In this document: one piece after another, positions 9,200-20,044 of the stretch
How positions within the stretch are numbered: position 1 is the stretch's first letter
Layout: each line of letters begins with the position of its first letter
From: Bacteroidales bacterium
Lineage (GTDB): Bacteria > Bacteroidota > Bacteroidia > Bacteroidales > TTA-H9
Assembly: GCA_030656615.1 (NCBI GenBank)
Contig: JAUSOY010000061.1
Coordinates: 25,319-89,318, forward strand
Reading direction: 5' to 3'
Length of the DNA: 64,000 nt
Program-made: the position numbers and the translations under genes
The notes under the pieces: generated by a model
The model's database searches: none
Told to the model about the DNA's origin: nothing
Seen by the model: the letters and a program-made list of their open reading frames with translations, nothing else

Positions 9200-10150
9200 C
9201 TATTTACAAATTGAAAGAATTTTCCGGGTGATATGGTCAGCAGTAAGTCCGTATTTCAATAATAACTCCGCCGCCTGACCTGATTCACCAAAATGGTCAT
9301 TAATTCCCATTGAAAAAACGGGAACAGGAAAATTACGAGCCGTAAGGGATGCGACCAAACTTCCAAGACCACCGATCATTTGATGTTCTTCAATGGTAAC
9401 AATGCGTCTGGTTTCTTTAGCAGCCTTAATAATAATGTCTTCATCAAGCGGTTTCAGGCTATGCATATTGATAACCCTAACGCTTAATCCCTGGTTGCGC
9501 AATGTAACGGCTGACTGAATTGCCTCCCAAACCATATGACCTGTAGCTATTACAGTAATATCGGCACCATAATTCATCACCTGAGCTTTCCCGATTTCAA
9601 ATGGGAGCTCGGGTGTTGTAAAATCGGCTACTGCTTCTCTTCCAAAACGGATATAAACGGGTCCGGCAGTGTATCCCAGAGCCGCCAAAACAGCCAATCT
9701 AGCCTGAGTAGCATCACAAGGACTTAATACACACATATTTGGAAATGATGTCATTATAGCAATATCTTCCAGAGCCTGATGTGTAGCACCGTCAGGACCA
9801 ACCGAAATGCCGGCGTGTGCACCACCAATAATTGCATGAAGCCGATTATAACACAATGAAACTCTGATTTGATCGGCTGCCCGTATGGCTGCAAACACTC
9901 CATACGTCGAAAAAACAGGGATTTTCCCTCCCAAAGCAAGTCCGGCTGCGACAGCAATGGCATTTTGCTCAGCAATCCCCAATGAGAAGAAACGATCAGG
10001 AAAAGCCTTTGCAAACAAATCGAGTCCAACTGAGCTGGTGATATCGCCTCCGAGAGCCACTACCTCGTTATTTAAAATTCCTGCTTCGAGCACACCTTCA
10101 CCAAAACCGGCACGGGTTGGACGCTCACTATGTTGAATCCACTGTTTCAT
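9200..10150 (-). CDS. transketolase, C-terminal (pyrimidine-binding) subunit
   Basis: 316 aa with a transketolase Pyr/C-terminal domain sequence (FGIAEQNAIAVAAGLA...). 4-nt overlap with the N-terminal subunit gene. Confidence 0.9.
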   Translation of the reverse strand: MKQWIQHSERPTRAGFGEGVLEAGILNNEVVALGGDITSSVGLDLFAKAFPDRFFSLGIAEQNAIAVAAGLALGGKIPVFSTYGVFAAIRAADQIRVSLCYNRLHAIIGGAHAGISVGPDGATHQALEDIAIMTSFPNMCVLSPCDATQARLAVLAALGYTAGPVYIRFGREAVADFTTPELPFEIGKAQVMNYGADITVIATGHMVWEAIQSAVTLRNQGLSVRVINMHSLKPLDEDIIIKAAKETRRIVTIEEHQMIGGLGSLVASLTARNFPVPVFSMGINDHFGESGQAAELLLKYGLTADHITRKILSICK

Positions 10151-10974
10151 AAATCTTCAAGATCTTTTTGAAATTCGATAGCTTGTTCTCTGGATGGTAC
10201 CTTCCCATGCCAGCGATAATCATTTTCAATCGATGGAATTCCCTTCCCCATGATGGTTCGGGCAATTATTACAACCGGACCTACCACATTGCTTATGGCT
10301 TTATCAAAGGCAGTTTCTAAATCTGCGAAATTATTACCGTCACATTCCAACACTTTCCAACCAAAGGATTCCCATTTCTGTTTCAGAGGTTCTATCTCCA
10401 TCACATCCGATGTTTTTCCATCAATTTGAAGACCATTACGGTCAACAATAGCAATCAGCCTATTCAGTTTGTGGTGACTTGCCGACATGGCCGCTTCCCA
10501 AACTGAACCTTCCTGTAATTCTCCATCACCCATAACGACAAAAACACAGGTATCATTATTATTTATGCGTTTAGAGATAGCTAGTCCAACGCCTACCGAT
10601 AATCCCTGGCCCAATGAGCCGGAAGATAATTCAATTCCGGGTAAGCCGTGATCTTTGCCCGGATGACCTTGCAAACGAGATCCAAGTTTACGGAGTGTCA
10701 ATAATTCATCCAGATGGAAATAGCCGGCATGTGCCAATGTGGAATAAAACACAGGCGCCACATGACCTATTGACAATATCAAATGGTCACGCCCTTCCCA
10801 ATCCGGCTGATTCGGGCGGTGCTTCATGACCTTAAAATACAAATAGGTAAAAACATCACTCAGGCCGAGTGAACCACCCGTATGCCCTGAGCCGGCCTCT
10901 GCCAGAGAACGGATAATCCATTGACGAATGGAACGGCTCATGTTTTGCAATTCTTTCAGATTCTGGTCATCCAT
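10147..10974 (-). CDS. transketolase, N-terminal (TPP-binding) subunit
   Basis: 275 aa with a TPP-binding motif region (GHTGGSLGLSD...GDGELQEGSVWEA). Confidence 0.9.
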   Translation of the reverse strand: MDDQNLKELQNMSRSIRQWIIRSLAEAGSGHTGGSLGLSDVFTYLYFKVMKHRPNQPDWEGRDHLILSIGHVAPVFYSTLAHAGYFHLDELLTLRKLGSRLQGHPGKDHGLPGIELSSGSLGQGLSVGVGLAISKRINNNDTCVFVVMGDGELQEGSVWEAAMSASHHKLNRLIAIVDRNGLQIDGKTSDVMEIEPLKQKWESFGWKVLECDGNNFADLETAFDKAISNVVGPVVIIARTIMGKGIPSIENDYRWHGKVPSREQAIEFQKDLEDL

Positions 10975-11000
10975 AGGTGAATTTATATTTCAGGATGAAT

Positions 11001-12971
11001 TTATTTCGAAGGTAATGATTTTTCTGTGGTCCGACTGGTTTTTCGATGCTGAATCATCCATTGAGAAGCCTGTAAAACGGAAAACGCCTGACGTTTTAAA
11101 AATTCATATTGTGCCGCACGACTTGAAATTTTATTTTTAAAGCTTGAATCATCCAACAAAAACAATTGAGAATCAGAATATTCAGGAATTACAATTAAAA
11201 GAGAATCCGATAGTATTCCAAGCTTATCATCCTCATTTAATATTACAAAATTCCGTCTTTCTCGGGTTAGATCCATACCCGGGCTACGATTGGTATAATT
11301 TAAGTCGAGATAGCCACATATTGACGGAAAAACATCGATCTGTGAAGCCAATGCCGTGTCCATTCTTGAAGTAAAACTTGAATCCGGTGAAAAAATAAGA
11401 AAAGGACTATGATGAAAACCCAACGAAAATCCATATGGATTTGAAACCTGTGTTCCATGATCAGCCAAAAACACAAAGAGCGTATTGTAATACCAGGGCT
11501 GAAGCTTTGCATGATTCATAAAATCGCGAAGCGCCCAATCAGCGTACTCTACAATCTGTTTCTGAGATGATTTCGATTTTGGATAAAAAGGAATTCCTTC
11601 GGGGATCGTATAGGGTACATGATCAGATGCTGTAAGAAAAACCGCCAGAAATGGTGATTTATCTTGAGAAACTTCGTTCAAATATTTGAATGAATGCCTG
11701 AACATCGAATGGTCAGGAACTCCGAGGGCACTGACAATTTCAGAAGATGGGTAATCCTTTTGGGAAATAATACGGTCAAAACCATTTGCCCTGAAAAACC
11801 CACCTACATTGTCGAATTGATCGTCGTGTGTTCCGAAATACAAATTTGTATAACCTTTTTGCTTCAAAATTGAAGGCAAACCATCATAGGATAAAATGGG
11901 TGCCGGATTCATCGGATGTTGTCTTTTTAGCGCCGGGTATCCAAAAAGCGTTGCGTACAATCCATTAAAAGTGTGAATACCCGCAGAATACATTCGCGAA
12001 TATGAAATGGATTTTCCTGCCAAACTATCCAAAAAAGGAGTAAGTATCTGTCCATCTTTAACAAGACCTGTCTTATGCATGGCCATACTTTCCATGATAA
12101 CGATAACAACATTTGTTTTTTTCTCCCCGGTCCTGCTCATGAAGCTCCGTTCAAACGGAAGCAAAGAATCAAGCGAATGATTATACAAATTCTTACATAA
12201 AAGGATTGCTTCATTTTCGTCAACCAAATTAAGAGCCCGATATTTATCATCTACATCGTCCAACAGACTTTGGATAAACGTAAATATGGGGTTTAATCCC
12301 AATTGATTAAGAAAGGCATCGTTACAAAAATAAGCCGTACCAATACGAATTGGTGATTTTTTTTCTATTCGGCCACGGACTGCCAGCAGAATAACTCCAA
12401 GAAATAAAATTGAAATGACAATACTGCCAGGTATCCATTTTCGGTTTTTAGTGAAATTTATACGGTACATAGCCATACGCAGGTAAACAAACCTATGGTA
12501 AAACACAAAGCCACAAACCACACTAATCCAAAGAACAAAATAGGGCAAGTATGATATTTCCTGAGCCACCATACCCAGCATAATTTCAGGTGAATCGATC
12601 CACTGCAATGAAGCTGAGTTTAATCGACTACCATAATGCTGGTAATAAGGAATATCCACAGCTGACAGAAAAAATACAAGGCTATAAATGACGTTTACAA
12701 ACCAAAACACCACACACTTGACGGCCTTTTGCAAAAACGGGATATAATAAACAACAATTAACAATAAAGCAGGAATGGCCAGTAAATAACCAGAGATAAC
12801 CGTATCAAAACGGAATCCCATCCAAAAAGACATTAACACAAGATTAAAAGGCGATTCATCAACAATGCTAATAAAAAGCACTAGCCTGAAAAGGGTAAAT
12901 AAAACCAATCCACCCAGATATACCAGTAAAATATACTTCAGATGGTGAAGACTATTTATAAACTCCTTCAT
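11001..12971 (-). CDS. LTA synthase / sulfatase-family membrane phosphotransferase
   Basis: 656 aa with an N-terminal polytopic membrane segment and an alkaline-phosphatase-superfamily sulfatase domain (VVIVIMESM...TASDHVPY...FLADHG). Confidence 0.8.
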   Translation of the reverse strand: MKEFINSLHHLKYILLVYLGGLVLFTLFRLVLFISIVDESPFNLVLMSFWMGFRFDTVISGYLLAIPALLLIVVYYIPFLQKAVKCVVFWFVNVIYSLVFFLSAVDIPYYQHYGSRLNSASLQWIDSPEIMLGMVAQEISYLPYFVLWISVVCGFVFYHRFVYLRMAMYRINFTKNRKWIPGSIVISILFLGVILLAVRGRIEKKSPIRIGTAYFCNDAFLNQLGLNPIFTFIQSLLDDVDDKYRALNLVDENEAILLCKNLYNHSLDSLLPFERSFMSRTGEKKTNVVIVIMESMAMHKTGLVKDGQILTPFLDSLAGKSISYSRMYSAGIHTFNGLYATLFGYPALKRQHPMNPAPILSYDGLPSILKQKGYTNLYFGTHDDQFDNVGGFFRANGFDRIISQKDYPSSEIVSALGVPDHSMFRHSFKYLNEVSQDKSPFLAVFLTASDHVPYTIPEGIPFYPKSKSSQKQIVEYADWALRDFMNHAKLQPWYYNTLFVFLADHGTQVSNPYGFSLGFHHSPFLIFSPDSSFTSRMDTALASQIDVFPSICGYLDLNYTNRSPGMDLTRERRNFVILNEDDKLGILSDSLLIVIPEYSDSQLFLLDDSSFKNKISSRAAQYEFLKRQAFSVLQASQWMIQHRKTSRTTEKSLPSK

Positions 12972-12997
12972 ATAAGAATCACAGAATTATTAATCAA

Positions 12998-13005
12998 CAA
13001 AGCTA
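12998..13005 (-). promoter_or_regulatory. -7 box TAGCTTTG upstream of LTA-synthase-family gene
   Basis: The minus-strand reading matches TAnnTTTG, 27 nt before the start codon. Confidence 0.45.
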
Positions 13006-13166
13006 CGATATGAAGCGATAAGGAAAAAATTAAGTCTTTATTGATCCTTTTAAAACAAAGATTATTTCTTCTGCTCAAATCAGAGTTGATAACATCAGAA
13101 ATCGACATCCGTAAATCCTCTAATTTTGAATCATCCATTTATATTGGATAAGCCTTTTTAAAGAAA

Positions 13167-13202
13167 TAAAAAAAGCGACACCCTGGATTATAGAGTATCG
13201 CT
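13167..13202 (-). terminator. possible terminator of aconitase gene
   Basis: Imperfect stem agcgaca/tatcgct next to an A-run (a T-run on the minus strand). Confidence 0.35.
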
Positions 13203-13227
13203 CCTAAAATATTTACAGCAGAGGCTT

Positions 13228-15489
13228 TTATTTCTGCATACGTATCAAATTTAATGCGCTACCAGCAACAAACCATTCGATCTGATTCTGATTATACGTG
13301 TGATTGACCATAAGTTTCTCTAACGTTCCATCCTTATGATGCAGAATAACCGTTAGTTGCTTACCAGGAACCAGAAATTTCAATCCCGTGATATCAATAA
13401 CATCATCCTCCCTGACTTTATCATAGTCGGATTTATCGGCAAACGTAAGCGCCAACATTCCTTGTTTTTTAAGATTTGTTTCGTGAATACGAGCAAAAGA
13501 ACGCACAATAACGGCCCGAACTCCAAGATAACGGGGCTCCATGGCGGCGTGCTCACGAGAAGAACCTTCCCCGTAGTTTTCATCACCGATAATCACCGAA
13601 CCCTTTCCGCTTTTTTTGTATGCTCTGGCAGCTTCTGGAACCGGTAAATATTGACCGTTTAATTGATTTTTTACCAGATTGGGTTTGCCATTTGCATCAT
13701 TTATTGCACCAATCAGAAGGTTATTTGATATATTTTCGAGATGCCCCCTGTATCGAAGCCAAGGGCCAGCCATAGAAATATGGTCGGTTGTACATTTTCC
13801 TCTGGCTTTTATCAGGAGGTGCATTTGCATTAGATCCCCACCATCCCATGGTTCGAACGGAGTCAATAATTGAAGTCTCTCAGAACGTGGATTCACATCT
13901 AATCTTATACGGCTTCCATCTTCGGCGGGTTCTGCATAACCTTTATCCAAAACATCAAATCCAAGAGGAGGCATTTCAAATCCCTTTGGCTCATCAAGAC
14001 GAACCTTCTGACCATCGGCAGTTTCTAATACGTCGGTCATGGGATTGAAACTGAGTTTACCAGCAAGCGAAAGCGCTGTTACGATTTCGGGAGAAGCTAC
14101 GAAACCATGGGTATTTGGATTACCATCATTTCTTTTAGCGAAATTCCGGTTAAAGGAGGTTATAATGGAATTTTTTTCCTGTTTATCAGCACCATGCCGA
14201 GCCCACTGGCCAATACAGGGTCCGCATGCATTGGCAAGAACCAGTGCTCCCGCTTTATTAAAAACATCAAGTAGTCCGTCACGTTCAACCGTAAATCGAA
14301 CCAGTTCCGAGCCAGGGGTAACCGTAAACTCAGAAACAAACTTCAAACCTTTATCTAACGCTTGTTTGGTAATGGATGCCGCACGAGAAATATCTTCGTA
14401 CGATGAATTGGTGCACGATCCAATAAGTCCAACAGATAATTCTTCCGGCCAACCGTTTTCTTTCAGCACTTTAGCAAATTCCGATAAAGGAGTAGCCAAA
14501 TCAGGAGTAAAAGGTCCGTTTATATAGGGTTCAAGAGAAGACAAATCAATTTCTATCACCTGATCGAAATATTTTTCTGGTTGTGCATATACTTGTGGAT
14601 CCCCTGTCAAATAGGGTGCGATAACATCTGCAGCATCAGCAACTTCTACTCGACCAGTACCACGGAGATAGTCACCCATTTTTTCATCATAGCCAAAGAC
14701 TGAGGTTGTTGCACCAATCTCAGCTCCCATATTACAAATGGTCCCTTTGCCGGTACAACTAATGCTCTGTGCACCAGAACCGAAATACTCAACAATGCAT
14801 CCAGTACCACCTTTGACGGTAAGAATGCCAGCCACTTTAAGAATTACATCTTTTGCGGATGTCCAGCCATTAAGTTTTCCTGTAAGTTTAACACCAATCA
14901 ATTTAGGGAATTTCAACTCCCAGGCCATTCCGGCCATAACATCAACTGCATCGGCACCACCAACTCCGATGGCTATCATACCAAGACCTCCTGCATTAAC
15001 GGTATGCGAATCCGTTCCAATCATCATTCCACCCGGAAAAGCATAATTTTCGAGGACAACCTGATGAATGATACCAGCTCCGGGCTTCCAAAATCCTATA
15101 CCATATTTATTAGAAACCAAAGCAAGAAAATCAAAGACCTCTTTACTTTTTTCAGATGCAGATTTCAAATCTGATTCAGCACCCACCTTGGCCTGAATAA
15201 GGTGATCGCAATGCACAGTGCTTGGGACAGCAGTACGGCTTTTACCAGCCATCATAAACTGTAAGAGAGCCATTTGAGCAGTAGCATCCTGCATAGCTAC
15301 CCTGTCGGGTTTGAAATCGACATATGATTCTCCATTTTCAAATGGGGTACGCGGCATTTTTTCAAATAAATGAGCATACAATATTTTTTCAGTAAGACTG
15401 ATCGGACGACCAATAAGCTTGCGAGCTTCATCCACCTTTTTGGAATAGGTAGAGTAAAAATTTAAAATCATGTCAAGATCGAAAATCAT
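13228..15489 (-). CDS. acnA: aconitate hydratase
   Basis: 753 aa with aconitase Fe-S ligand regions ([24 protein letters not shown]) and a swivel domain. Confidence 0.95.
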   Translation of the reverse strand: MIFDLDMILNFYSTYSKKVDEARKLIGRPISLTEKILYAHLFEKMPRTPFENGESYVDFKPDRVAMQDATAQMALLQFMMAGKSRTAVPSTVHCDHLIQAKVGAESDLKSASEKSKEVFDFLALVSNKYGIGFWKPGAGIIHQVVLENYAFPGGMMIGTDSHTVNAGGLGMIAIGVGGADAVDVMAGMAWELKFPKLIGVKLTGKLNGWTSAKDVILKVAGILTVKGGTGCIVEYFGSGAQSISCTGKGTICNMGAEIGATTSVFGYDEKMGDYLRGTGRVEVADAADVIAPYLTGDPQVYAQPEKYFDQVIEIDLSSLEPYINGPFTPDLATPLSEFAKVLKENGWPEELSVGLIGSCTNSSYEDISRAASITKQALDKGLKFVSEFTVTPGSELVRFTVERDGLLDVFNKAGALVLANACGPCIGQWARHGADKQEKNSIITSFNRNFAKRNDGNPNTHGFVASPEIVTALSLAGKLSFNPMTDVLETADGQKVRLDEPKGFEMPPLGFDVLDKGYAEPAEDGSRIRLDVNPRSERLQLLTPFEPWDGGDLMQMHLLIKARGKCTTDHISMAGPWLRYRGHLENISNNLLIGAINDANGKPNLVKNQLNGQYLPVPEAARAYKKSGKGSVIIGDENYGEGSSREHAAMEPRYLGVRAVIVRSFARIHETNLKKQGMLALTFADKSDYDKVREDDVIDITGLKFLVPGKQLTVILHHKDGTLEKLMVNHTYNQNQIEWFVAGSALNLIRMQK

Positions 15490-15683
15490 AGCATCAGATT
15501 TTTCCCTTCAGGGAGGTAAATATATATGATTGGTTAATTATCCTAGAAACAAGCAAAACAAAGCTTTGTTTATTTATCAGCCATGCCTCAAACCTATGAT
15601 TTTAAATTCAAATTTGCAAGTATTCCGAATAGGATATTCCAACCACTTTAATGAACTATTATTCAAACAAATATACATTAAAT

Positions 15684-15713
15684 AAAAAAGCAGAATCACA
15701 TGATTCTGCTTTT
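15684..15713 (-). terminator. intrinsic terminator downstream of SGNH lipoprotein gene
   Basis: 10-bp palindrome agcagaatca/tgattctgct flanked by A-run and T-run. Confidence 0.75.
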
Positions 15714-15736
15714 CCGTTGTTTCTCAGGTAATCGCC

Positions 15737-17134
15737 TTAGGGAAACTTAAGTCCTGGATAGAAATTAACGTCGACCTTAGGAATTTTCGCATTGTATTTA
15801 AGATTGATAGCATCAAGAAAATAGTTGGCAACGATTGCATTACCCTGACCATTTAAATGAATACCATCAAGTGAAAAAATACCACCGGTAACATATTTTG
15901 TGGTAAACAATTGCCCATCATAATAAACACCTGTTTTGGCATTTTTCAGATTTGCATTCATATCAACAAATGCCAAACCCTTCTCAGTTGCTAGACTTTG
16001 GATTTTTGTATTGAACGCTGTTACCGCATTTTTAATATTTGTAACTTCTGTTTCGTCAAGTACGTATTTGGAAGGAATGCCAAATGGCTTAGAATTAGCA
16101 ACACTAAAGGAACCCATTCCATAACATTTCAAAGAGTCCTGAGGAACTGTAAGTAAAATAAGTTCGCCTGCTCTGGCCTGACGGATTTTGAAAACCTTTG
16201 GAAGCCCTGCAATGGGAAAATCTAAGTCTTCAATTACAAAGGCATTGTAACCAGCTGTAAAGTTAAAACCATAGGTAAAGCCAGCCACTCCCATTCCTTG
16301 AATAGCAGCTTCTACAGCAGCGTAAGCACCATTAAGCGCTGCTGCTTTATCCGCATCAAGATAAAGGCCATTAAATGGAACAGTCGTAAAGAAAGGCACA
16401 TCCGTTACGTCAGGGATATTAGCAATAACCCCTTTTGCACCTCCTGCAGTAAGAGCCCCTACGATAAGATCCATCGCACCATTAAACATAACTTCCGGAG
16501 TAATGATTTCATTGGTTACATTACCTCTACCTCCACTGGTGGCATATCCCAATACATCATTATTTCCAATCCAAAGTGAGAAAAAAGTAGGATTAGCTGC
16601 AGCAGCATCCGCAACAACCGAAGTGGTTGTGCTTGATGCAAAACGAACAAAATAAGGGTTAGCCGTTGGGGGCAAAGTCATAAGACCTGCAATACTTCCG
16701 TATCCAGGAGCCAAAAGATGATACGATTTCGCACCCGGAACACCCATATTATTAACGGCATATCCCACGGGAGCTATCGGGGCAAGTGCACCAACATCGG
16801 CTACAGGGCCTAATCCGGCAACATTATTGCAATCGAGAGAAATGCCAAGCTTACGTTTTCCGGGTAAAATCCCGAATTCATTGTCAATAACTGGCTGAAT
16901 AAATACACCACCATCTACAAGTGAAAACTGGGTAGCCAAAATATTTGGGTAAGCATTTTCCTGTGCAGATTTATATAGAGCGCCATCAGCATAACCAGCT
17001 GTGAGGGAATTACCTACAGATACATATTTTGTAAAATCTGCATCGCCGGCACTGGCTTCAAATTCCTGGATTTTAGGTTCGCATGCAGCCAGAAAAAACA
17101 TAGCCGCAAACAGATATAAAAGTTTGTTCTTCAT
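15737..17134 (-). CDS. SGNH/GDSL-family hydrolase lipoprotein
   Basis: Lipoprotein signal (LFAAMFFLAAC), block I motif (VSVGNSLTAGY) and C-terminal DxxH (SLDGIHLN). Sits immediately downstream of the FadL-like porin gene. Confidence 0.7.
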   Translation of the reverse strand: MKNKLLYLFAAMFFLAACEPKIQEFEASAGDADFTKYVSVGNSLTAGYADGALYKSAQENAYPNILATQFSLVDGGVFIQPVIDNEFGILPGKRKLGISLDCNNVAGLGPVADVGALAPIAPVGYAVNNMGVPGAKSYHLLAPGYGSIAGLMTLPPTANPYFVRFASSTTTSVVADAAAANPTFFSLWIGNNDVLGYATSGGRGNVTNEIITPEVMFNGAMDLIVGALTAGGAKGVIANIPDVTDVPFFTTVPFNGLYLDADKAAALNGAYAAVEAAIQGMGVAGFTYGFNFTAGYNAFVIEDLDFPIAGLPKVFKIRQARAGELILLTVPQDSLKCYGMGSFSVANSKPFGIPSKYVLDETEVTNIKNAVTAFNTKIQSLATEKGLAFVDMNANLKNAKTGVYYDGQLFTTKYVTGGIFSLDGIHLNGQGNAIVANYFLDAINLKYNAKIPKVDVNFYPGLKFP

Positions 17135-17151
17135 TTCTGTACAATTTAATA

Positions 17152-18366
17152 TTAGAATTTGTAAGTGATTCCGAGTCCGGGTATACTGCTGGCCGACTTG
17201 TATTTCCCTCCGAAATTACCCGGAGTGTAGTTCATGTCTGTTTCCTGACCAAGGGTCTGTAAAAATGCTACATCAATTTCCAGATTCCTTACAGGGATGT
17301 ATGTAAGACCAGCGGTGAACGCAATCGTATTAAGTGTAACGGTTTCAGGTGTAAAATAATCACTATTAGCTGGTGTGGGATCATAATAACCACCGGCACG
17401 TAGCTGAAGTTTGTCACTTACATTGTACTGAATACCAATACGCGGAATGATTTTACTTTCATACATGCGTGGATTGGATGAATTCAACAGAGCGCCCTGC
17501 TCTTCGAAAGTAAATTTGAGGGTATCATAAACACCCCACATAACATAGTTAACTTCGAAAGCAACAAGCAGATCTTCGGTAGCTTGCCATGAAACACCTA
17601 CATCAAGATTACCAGGTAATGGAAGCGTAGCACCAAATTTATTGGCCGCTGGAATAGCACCAGCCAAAGAAGCTGGAGCATAAAAAGCAGCATCACCACC
17701 TTCGAGTGTAACATCAACCTTTGAACGATAATCAATACCGAAGGTCAGATAATCTGTAGGCTTAAAAATAAGGCCAACATTAAAACCCATCGAAGTGGCA
17801 TCACCACTCAGATTAGCATACGAATTGTCATTATAAGGAAGAGCCTTTTGAAGTTCTACACTTCCCATAACATAATCCAAGCCTACACCAATACTCAGCA
17901 TGTCATGGACTTTGTAAGTTAGAGTTGGCTGAATAAAAACAGCCTTTAAAGCAATATTCTGAATAAGATAACGACCTTTCCAGTCATCAGCCCAAACTGA
18001 CTTACTTCCATAAGGAGTCATAACACCAATACCTGCAACCAGATCATCTGTAATTTTTCCGGCAGCATAAACATAAAACGGTGGACTAACCGGATTTTCC
18101 GTTTTTGCCGTGTAATTCGATTCGAATGAACGGTAAGTAATACTCGAAAAAATCGGACTGATACCAGCCGACACCTCGAATCGATCCTTCATAAATCCCA
18201 AAGCACCGGGATTGTAATACATCGAGTTGACGCCGAAACAAGTGGATGAGCCAACGAGCCCCATTCCTGATTGTTTGACGCCCTGCAGCCTAACCTGGTA
18301 ACCACCAGCATAAGCCATTGTGCAACTAAAAGCCGCAATCAGCAGGATGATAAAAGTCTTCCGCAT
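17152..18366 (-). CDS. outer-membrane transport protein, OMPP1/FadL/TodX family
   Basis: Beta-barrel-like alternating pattern ending in a C-terminal aromatic (GITYKF). Start moved to the internal MRKTFIILL signal peptide (ATG at 18366). Confidence 0.8.
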   Translation of the reverse strand: MRKTFIILLIAAFSCTMAYAGGYQVRLQGVKQSGMGLVGSSTCFGVNSMYYNPGALGFMKDRFEVSAGISPIFSSITYRSFESNYTAKTENPVSPPFYVYAAGKITDDLVAGIGVMTPYGSKSVWADDWKGRYLIQNIALKAVFIQPTLTYKVHDMLSIGVGLDYVMGSVELQKALPYNDNSYANLSGDATSMGFNVGLIFKPTDYLTFGIDYRSKVDVTLEGGDAAFYAPASLAGAIPAANKFGATLPLPGNLDVGVSWQATEDLLVAFEVNYVMWGVYDTLKFTFEEQGALLNSSNPRMYESKIIPRIGIQYNVSDKLQLRAGGYYDPTPANSDYFTPETVTLNTIAFTAGLTYIPVRNLEIDVAFLQTLGQETDMNYTPGNFGGKYKSASSIPGLGITYKF

Positions 18367-18532
18367 AAGTAGATTTTTAATGATTAACCGTGCAAAGTAA
18401 ATAAAAAATACCATCCAACATAAAATTATCTACATATGAGGGTAAATTAAATTTTCGAACTATTTGTTCAAATAGTCGAAAAAAATAAGGCCTCCCAATG
18501 GAAGACCTTATTAATATGTCAGTATTTAATGT

Positions 18533-18991
18533 TTACTGAAGCGTTGTTTTGGTCCAGATGGTCGTTTTACCCAGCAGAGAAATGCCAACATATCCCCTAA
18601 TTTTAAGCGATGTGCTGCTTTCGAATTTCATAAAACAATCGTAGGTTTTACCCGACTTTGGGTCATAAATACTACCATCATTCCATTCTTGCTTACCATC
18701 AAACACAAAAGATTTTAAAATCTCCAACCCAAGGGTTGGGCGCGTACGCAGGCTCTCTTTTGGATTATGTTTATCCACTTTTGGCTTATTTGTTTCCGGA
18801 TCAATCGGAGTAGCAAGCCATACAATTTTACCAAAATACTTATTTCCTTGTTTGGAAATCTCAATTTTTGCATCCTTATCCTGATTCAACCAATACCCAA
18901 CGATATCATCAGCTTTATGCTGTGCTGATACGGTGGTATACGTGAAAAAAGCGGCAAAAACAGCCAGAACCTTCAATAACAATTTGTTCAT
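18533..18991 (-). CDS. DUF2147 domain-containing protein
   Basis: Signal peptide, then the GYWLNQDKDAKIEISKQGNKYFGKIVWL pattern typical of DUF2147. Start set at MNKLLLK. Confidence 0.7.
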   Translation of the reverse strand: MNKLLLKVLAVFAAFFTYTTVSAQHKADDIVGYWLNQDKDAKIEISKQGNKYFGKIVWLATPIDPETNKPKVDKHNPKESLRTRPTLGLEILKSFVFDGKQEWNDGSIYDPKSGKTYDCFMKFESSTSLKIRGYVGISLLGKTTIWTKTTLQ

Positions 18992-19080
18992 GCGTGTAAT
19001 TATTAATGTATACAAAAATAGCAGAATTTGTTTTAGAAATACAGCAAGCTATTTGTAACTTGCATTCATTAAGGAAAACA

Positions 19081-19992
19081 ATGAAAAGTACAAAAAGTTG
19101 GAAACAGCTGTTTAACCTGAGCCGAAGGGAGATGAGAGGCTTCCTTGTTCTGCTGTCAATATCTGCCTTACTTATTATCATTAACATCATTCTGTTTCTT
19201 ATTCCTCAAAAACCGACCGAATACAAAATACAGGATATTCAGCCGATGGAAACAGTATATCAGTCGGAAAACGCTGGTGTTATTTCTCCAAATCACAAGG
19301 AAAACAATAAAGCTAATCTCTTTACTTTCGACCCAAATACTGCAAATGAAGATGAATTTAGAAGTCTCGGTATAAAATCATATGTTATTAAAAATATTAT
19401 TAAATACCGAATGGCCGGAGGCACCTTCAGGCAAAAATCGGATTTCCGAAAAGTATACGGAATGGATAGTACTCTTTTTAAAACTTTAAATGATTACATA
19501 CAGCTTCCGGAAGTTGCAGCCACTATTGAAAAAAGACCATATGATTCAATAAAATCATATTCGCCCAAAAAGTTTTCACGCGTAATCGTTGAAATAAACT
19601 CAGCGGATTCTGCTTTGTTAAATGAGTTAAGCGGAATCGGGCCGTCTTTTTCTTCAAGAATTATAAAATACAGAAAAAGACTTGGCGGATTTTATTGCAA
19701 AGAACAATTGTTGGAAGTATATGGCATGGACAGCTCCCGATATAATGGATTTAAAAATCAAATTGATGTAGATGCCTCATTGCTTAATAAAATTGACCTT
19801 AACCAGATAAGTTTCAAAGACTTGCTAAAGCATCCCTATTTTGAGTATCACACCGTTAAAGCCATCATGGATTACCGGAATAAATATAAAAGGTTTTCGA
19901 GTCTGGAAGAACTTAATAATATAGCCCTCATCTATCCTGATCTTTTATTAAAAATCAAATCCTATATAGTAGTTAATCCCCCTGAGTTATAA
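19081..19992 (+). CDS. helix-hairpin-helix (ComEA-like) domain protein
   Basis: N-terminal TM anchor and repeated HhH motifs (e.g. LNELSGIGPSFSSRIIKYRKRLGGF). Start set at MKSTKSW (19081). Confidence 0.7.
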   Translation: MKSTKSWKQLFNLSRREMRGFLVLLSISALLIIINIILFLIPQKPTEYKIQDIQPMETVYQSENAGVISPNHKENNKANLFTFDPNTANEDEFRSLGIKSYVIKNIIKYRMAGGTFRQKSDFRKVYGMDSTLFKTLNDYIQLPEVAATIEKRPYDSIKSYSPKKFSRVIVEINSADSALLNELSGIGPSFSSRIIKYRKRLGGFYCKEQLLEVYGMDSSRYNGFKNQIDVDASLLNKIDLNQISFKDLLKHPYFEYHTVKAIMDYRNKYKRFSSLEELNNIALIYPDLLLKIKSYIVVNPPEL

Positions 19993-20010
19993 CTTATTCC
20001 AGAACTTTGC

Positions 20011-20018
20011 TATTTTTG
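20011..20018 (+). promoter_or_regulatory. -7 box TATTTTTG upstream of TPR gene
   Basis: Matches TAnnTTTG, 27 nt before the ATG. Confidence 0.45.
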
Positions 20019-20044
20019 TTTACAATTGGCTGATCAAAAAAACT

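Noticed and set aside
14039-14527. 162-aa ORF antisense to aconitase (with 13357-13647, 13788-14048 and 14738-15046)
   Set aside because: It is embedded in a strongly supported conserved CDS on the other strand and has no recognisable family.
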